Below are positions 33,762 through 35,719 of a stretch of DNA of 35,719 bases, piece after piece. Source of the DNA: a virus (taxonomy: Duplodnaviria; Caudoviricetes). The notes under the pieces were generated by a model that worked only from the letters and a program-made list of their open reading frames with translations, was not told where the DNA came from and searched no databases. Location: positions 1-35,719 of IMG/VR virus record IMGVR_UViG_3300025365_000008; one strand, 5' to 3'. Made by a program: the position numbers and the translations under genes. Each line of letters begins with the position of its first letter. Position 1 is the first letter of the stretch.

Positions 33762-33981
33762 TGTAATAAGGCACTTTGTAAGGTTTACCGTTGACCACCA
33801 CATTAATATAACCCTGTGGATTACTAGGAAGATTTGCACTTCCCTTAGTCGCTGAGGTTGAGCTAGTGAAATTAAGGATATTTAAAAAGAATTGTTGCCA
33901 TGCCCTTGTCGGTCTTTTTGTCTGTTCATCAATTAGTTCAACTTGAGGATATGGACTATTAGTTAAATTAATATTATTCAA
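33754..33981 (-). CDS. Small tail protein (tail needle / gp26 position)
   Basis: Follows gp10; PTRAWQQFF...LPSNPQGY...KVPYY. Confidence 0.5.
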   Translation of the reverse strand: MNNINLTNSPYPQVELIDEQTKRPTRAWQQFFLNILNFTSSTSATKGSANLPSNPQGYINVVVNGKPYKVPYYNV

Positions 33982-35719
33982 TTTTCACCTACACTTGATT
34001 TAAGGTTAGCAGCCACAATGACCGCATTAATTGGATCAGTTACCACTAATTCAAATACTCGATCTCTAGTCATGCCTAATCTTCGCCAAATAGCACGATT
34101 CTTATATTTACCAATCTTACCAATACTTTTCCAATGCTCATTGGACCAAGTAGAGCCACCATCATCAGACCATCTCATCATGGCTTGTGGATCAGCTCCC
34201 ACAGTTTCAACATTTAATGGAGTAGTAATGCCAGTTAAACCAACACCAGGCTGAAAGTACACTTGTAATTCATCAAAGTATTCACGCTGATAATCGCTGA
34301 CTAAATGCGTTGTTCTTCTTAATCTGCGTATTGGTTGACCATTGTCTGTAAAATTGGTGGGGTCTAACTCGTAAATATTGCCATTCTGCCAATCACCAAT
34401 TAAAACCATGTTTTGAAAATTGATACAACAGTTACCTTTGTGCCGGTGATACTGGTTTAAATCATCACAGTAAAGCCACTTGTGCCACATTGAGGTTGCT
34501 ACGTCATAGCACCATGTAATATCAAGCGTAGGGAAAGATAACACATAGACTTCATGGCCACCCTGCTGATAAGTCCATGCCCTAGCATCCGTTACATCTT
34601 GATTAATGAAAGTGTTTTCGACTGCATGAGTAGAAATTCTAGTTGGAAAATATCCATTCATCATTACTACTTCAGCTTGACCACGAATATTTTTACTTAG
34701 ATAAGCAAATGAATTACCGACTCGAGCCACACTAAATTTGGCAACGATTCCATGCTGACTAGAACTGCCAGGGATTCTTTGGAATGGAAATGGGAAAGCA
34801 CCCACATCAGCCCAGACTTCAGAGGTAGTTTCACCTAATAAATAAACTTGTCCATGATCCACAATAACAGAAACCAAATTATCCGGCCCAGTAAACTTAC
34901 TAGCAAAACTCAATGCAGGAGTAATTGGACTGAGGATATTGGACGCTGCCCATTGTTGAGTATTAGGATTATTGTAAATAAAGTAATTGTCGACAACATC
35001 CACAGAGCTCGCACCACTAAATGCACCATCAGTGGATGGCATCACTGAGAAATTCAGTGCATACATGGTCTCGGATGCTACGGTCTGACTATTATTAATC
35101 ACATAATTGCCTGTGCCACCAGCTCCAGTGCCAAAAGTTAAAGTTAAAGTTAAACCTGTGCCACTGCCTGTGGTTGAAGTAGATACGTTATTTGTCGGGT
35201 TAGAAGTATAAGCACCCACATTCTGCACAGATAATCCTGTAACTGCACCAGAACCACCAATTGAAGTTACTGTATAAGTCTGTGGTGTATTGCCATAAAC
35301 ACCCCCTAAAACTGTAATTGTGTCATTGACTGCATAACCTGTTCCTGCTATTGCAATACTTTGGCTTAATACCGTGCCTGAGCCATAGGTAGTGATAATG
35401 GTATTCGCAGTCACACCAGCACCTTGAATGGTTTGACCATTATAAATAACTCCACTTGTTGCAGTAACAGTTAAAGTTGTGCCTGACATCGATGCAGTAA
35501 GAGTTGATGCTACTGCTGCCGAGTTCATTTGTTCTGTGGCAATCGTTAATGAAGTATTAATCGTGTATGTACCAACTCCACCTGATCCTGAGCCAAGTGC
35601 AGTAATAACCACTTCATTGCCTACACCTAAACCAAATAATGACTGACCAACTGCAATTGTGCCAGACTGCATTAAAGACACAGTCAATGTTGTTCCGGAG
35701 ATTGAAGCTCTAAATATAG
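33978..35719 (-). CDS. P22 gp10-like tail hub protein, 3' part (starts at 523 across the junction)
   Basis: LGETTSEVW, RISTHAVE, YQQGGHEVYVL.FP, TWCYD..WH, RWSDDGG.TWS, WRRLG..RDRVF. Confidence 0.92.
   Translation of the reverse strand, partial: IFRASISGTTLTVSLMQSGTIAVGQSLFGLGVGNEVVITALGSGSGGVGTYTINTSLTIATEQMNSAAVASTLTASMSGTTLTVTATSGVIYNGQTIQGAGVTANTIITTYGSGTVLSQSIAIAGTGYAVNDTITVLGGVYGNTPQTYTVTSIGGSGAVTGLSVQNVGAYTSNPTNNVSTSTTGSGTGLTLTLTFGTGAGGTGNYVINNSQTVASETMYALNFSVMPSTDGAFSGASSVDVVDNYFIYNNPNTQQWAASNILSPITPALSFASKFTGPDNLVSVIVDHGQVYLLGETTSEVWADVGAFPFPFQRIPGSSSQHGIVAKFSVARVGNSFAYLSKNIRGQAEVVMMNGYFPTRISTHAVENTFINQDVTDARAWTYQQGGHEVYVLSFPTLDITWCYDVATSMWHKWLYCDDLNQYHRHKGNCCINFQNMVLIGDWQNGNIYELDPTNFTDNGQPIRRLRRTTHLVSDYQREYFDELQVYFQPGVGLTGITTPLNVETVGADPQAMMRWSDDGGSTWSNEHWKSIGKIGKYKNRAIWRRLGMTRDRVFELVVTDPINAVIVAANLKSSVGEN
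35594..35719. repeat. 126-bp terminal direct repeat (copy 2)
   Basis: Identical to 4-129. Confidence 0.95.

Noticed and set aside
35594-35719. Biological terminal repeat or att site
   Set aside because: 126 bp, falls mid-gene in gp10 and is of typical assembler k-mer overlap size; best explained as a circular assembly artefact
1-35719. Alternative genetic code or tRNA genes
   Set aside because: Core genes are full length in the standard code and densely packed; no cloverleaf-like sequence seen in the short intergenic gaps

Overview
The window is an apparently complete, circularly assembled ~35.6 kb AT-rich P22-like (Lederbergvirus-type morphogenesis) podophage genome. Bases 4-129 equal 35594-35719, so the unit length is 35,590 bp. 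One long minus-strand arm runs: cro-like gene, DUF2800 nuclease, HNH-like gene, primase-polymerase/VapE helicase, an iteron-like putative origin, small genes including GroES, terS, terL, portal, scaffold, coat, decoration/fibre genes, gp4, gp10 (crossing the assembly junction), ejection proteins and a lysis cassette. Two free-standing GIY-YIG/NUMOD3 homing endonucleases sit in this arm. A short divergent plus-strand arm carries a DUF2815 SSB, RusA and many small accessory genes. No integrase, CI-type repressor, family A/B polymerase, tRNA or CRISPR array was recognised. Most notable: (1) an array of small genes, each junction carrying the same 23-bp DNA repeat, which is conserved even when read in a different frame; (2) an H-type pseudoknot upstream of the SSB gene, resembling T4 gene 32 autoregulation; (3) a homing endonuclease that appears to have captured the N-terminus of a fibre gene; (4) an M23 domain bracketed by a duplicated motif in an ejection protein; (5) a mobile beta-rich module inserted in both gp4 and gp10, once with a nested insertion. 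All family calls come from motif recognition, not database searches.
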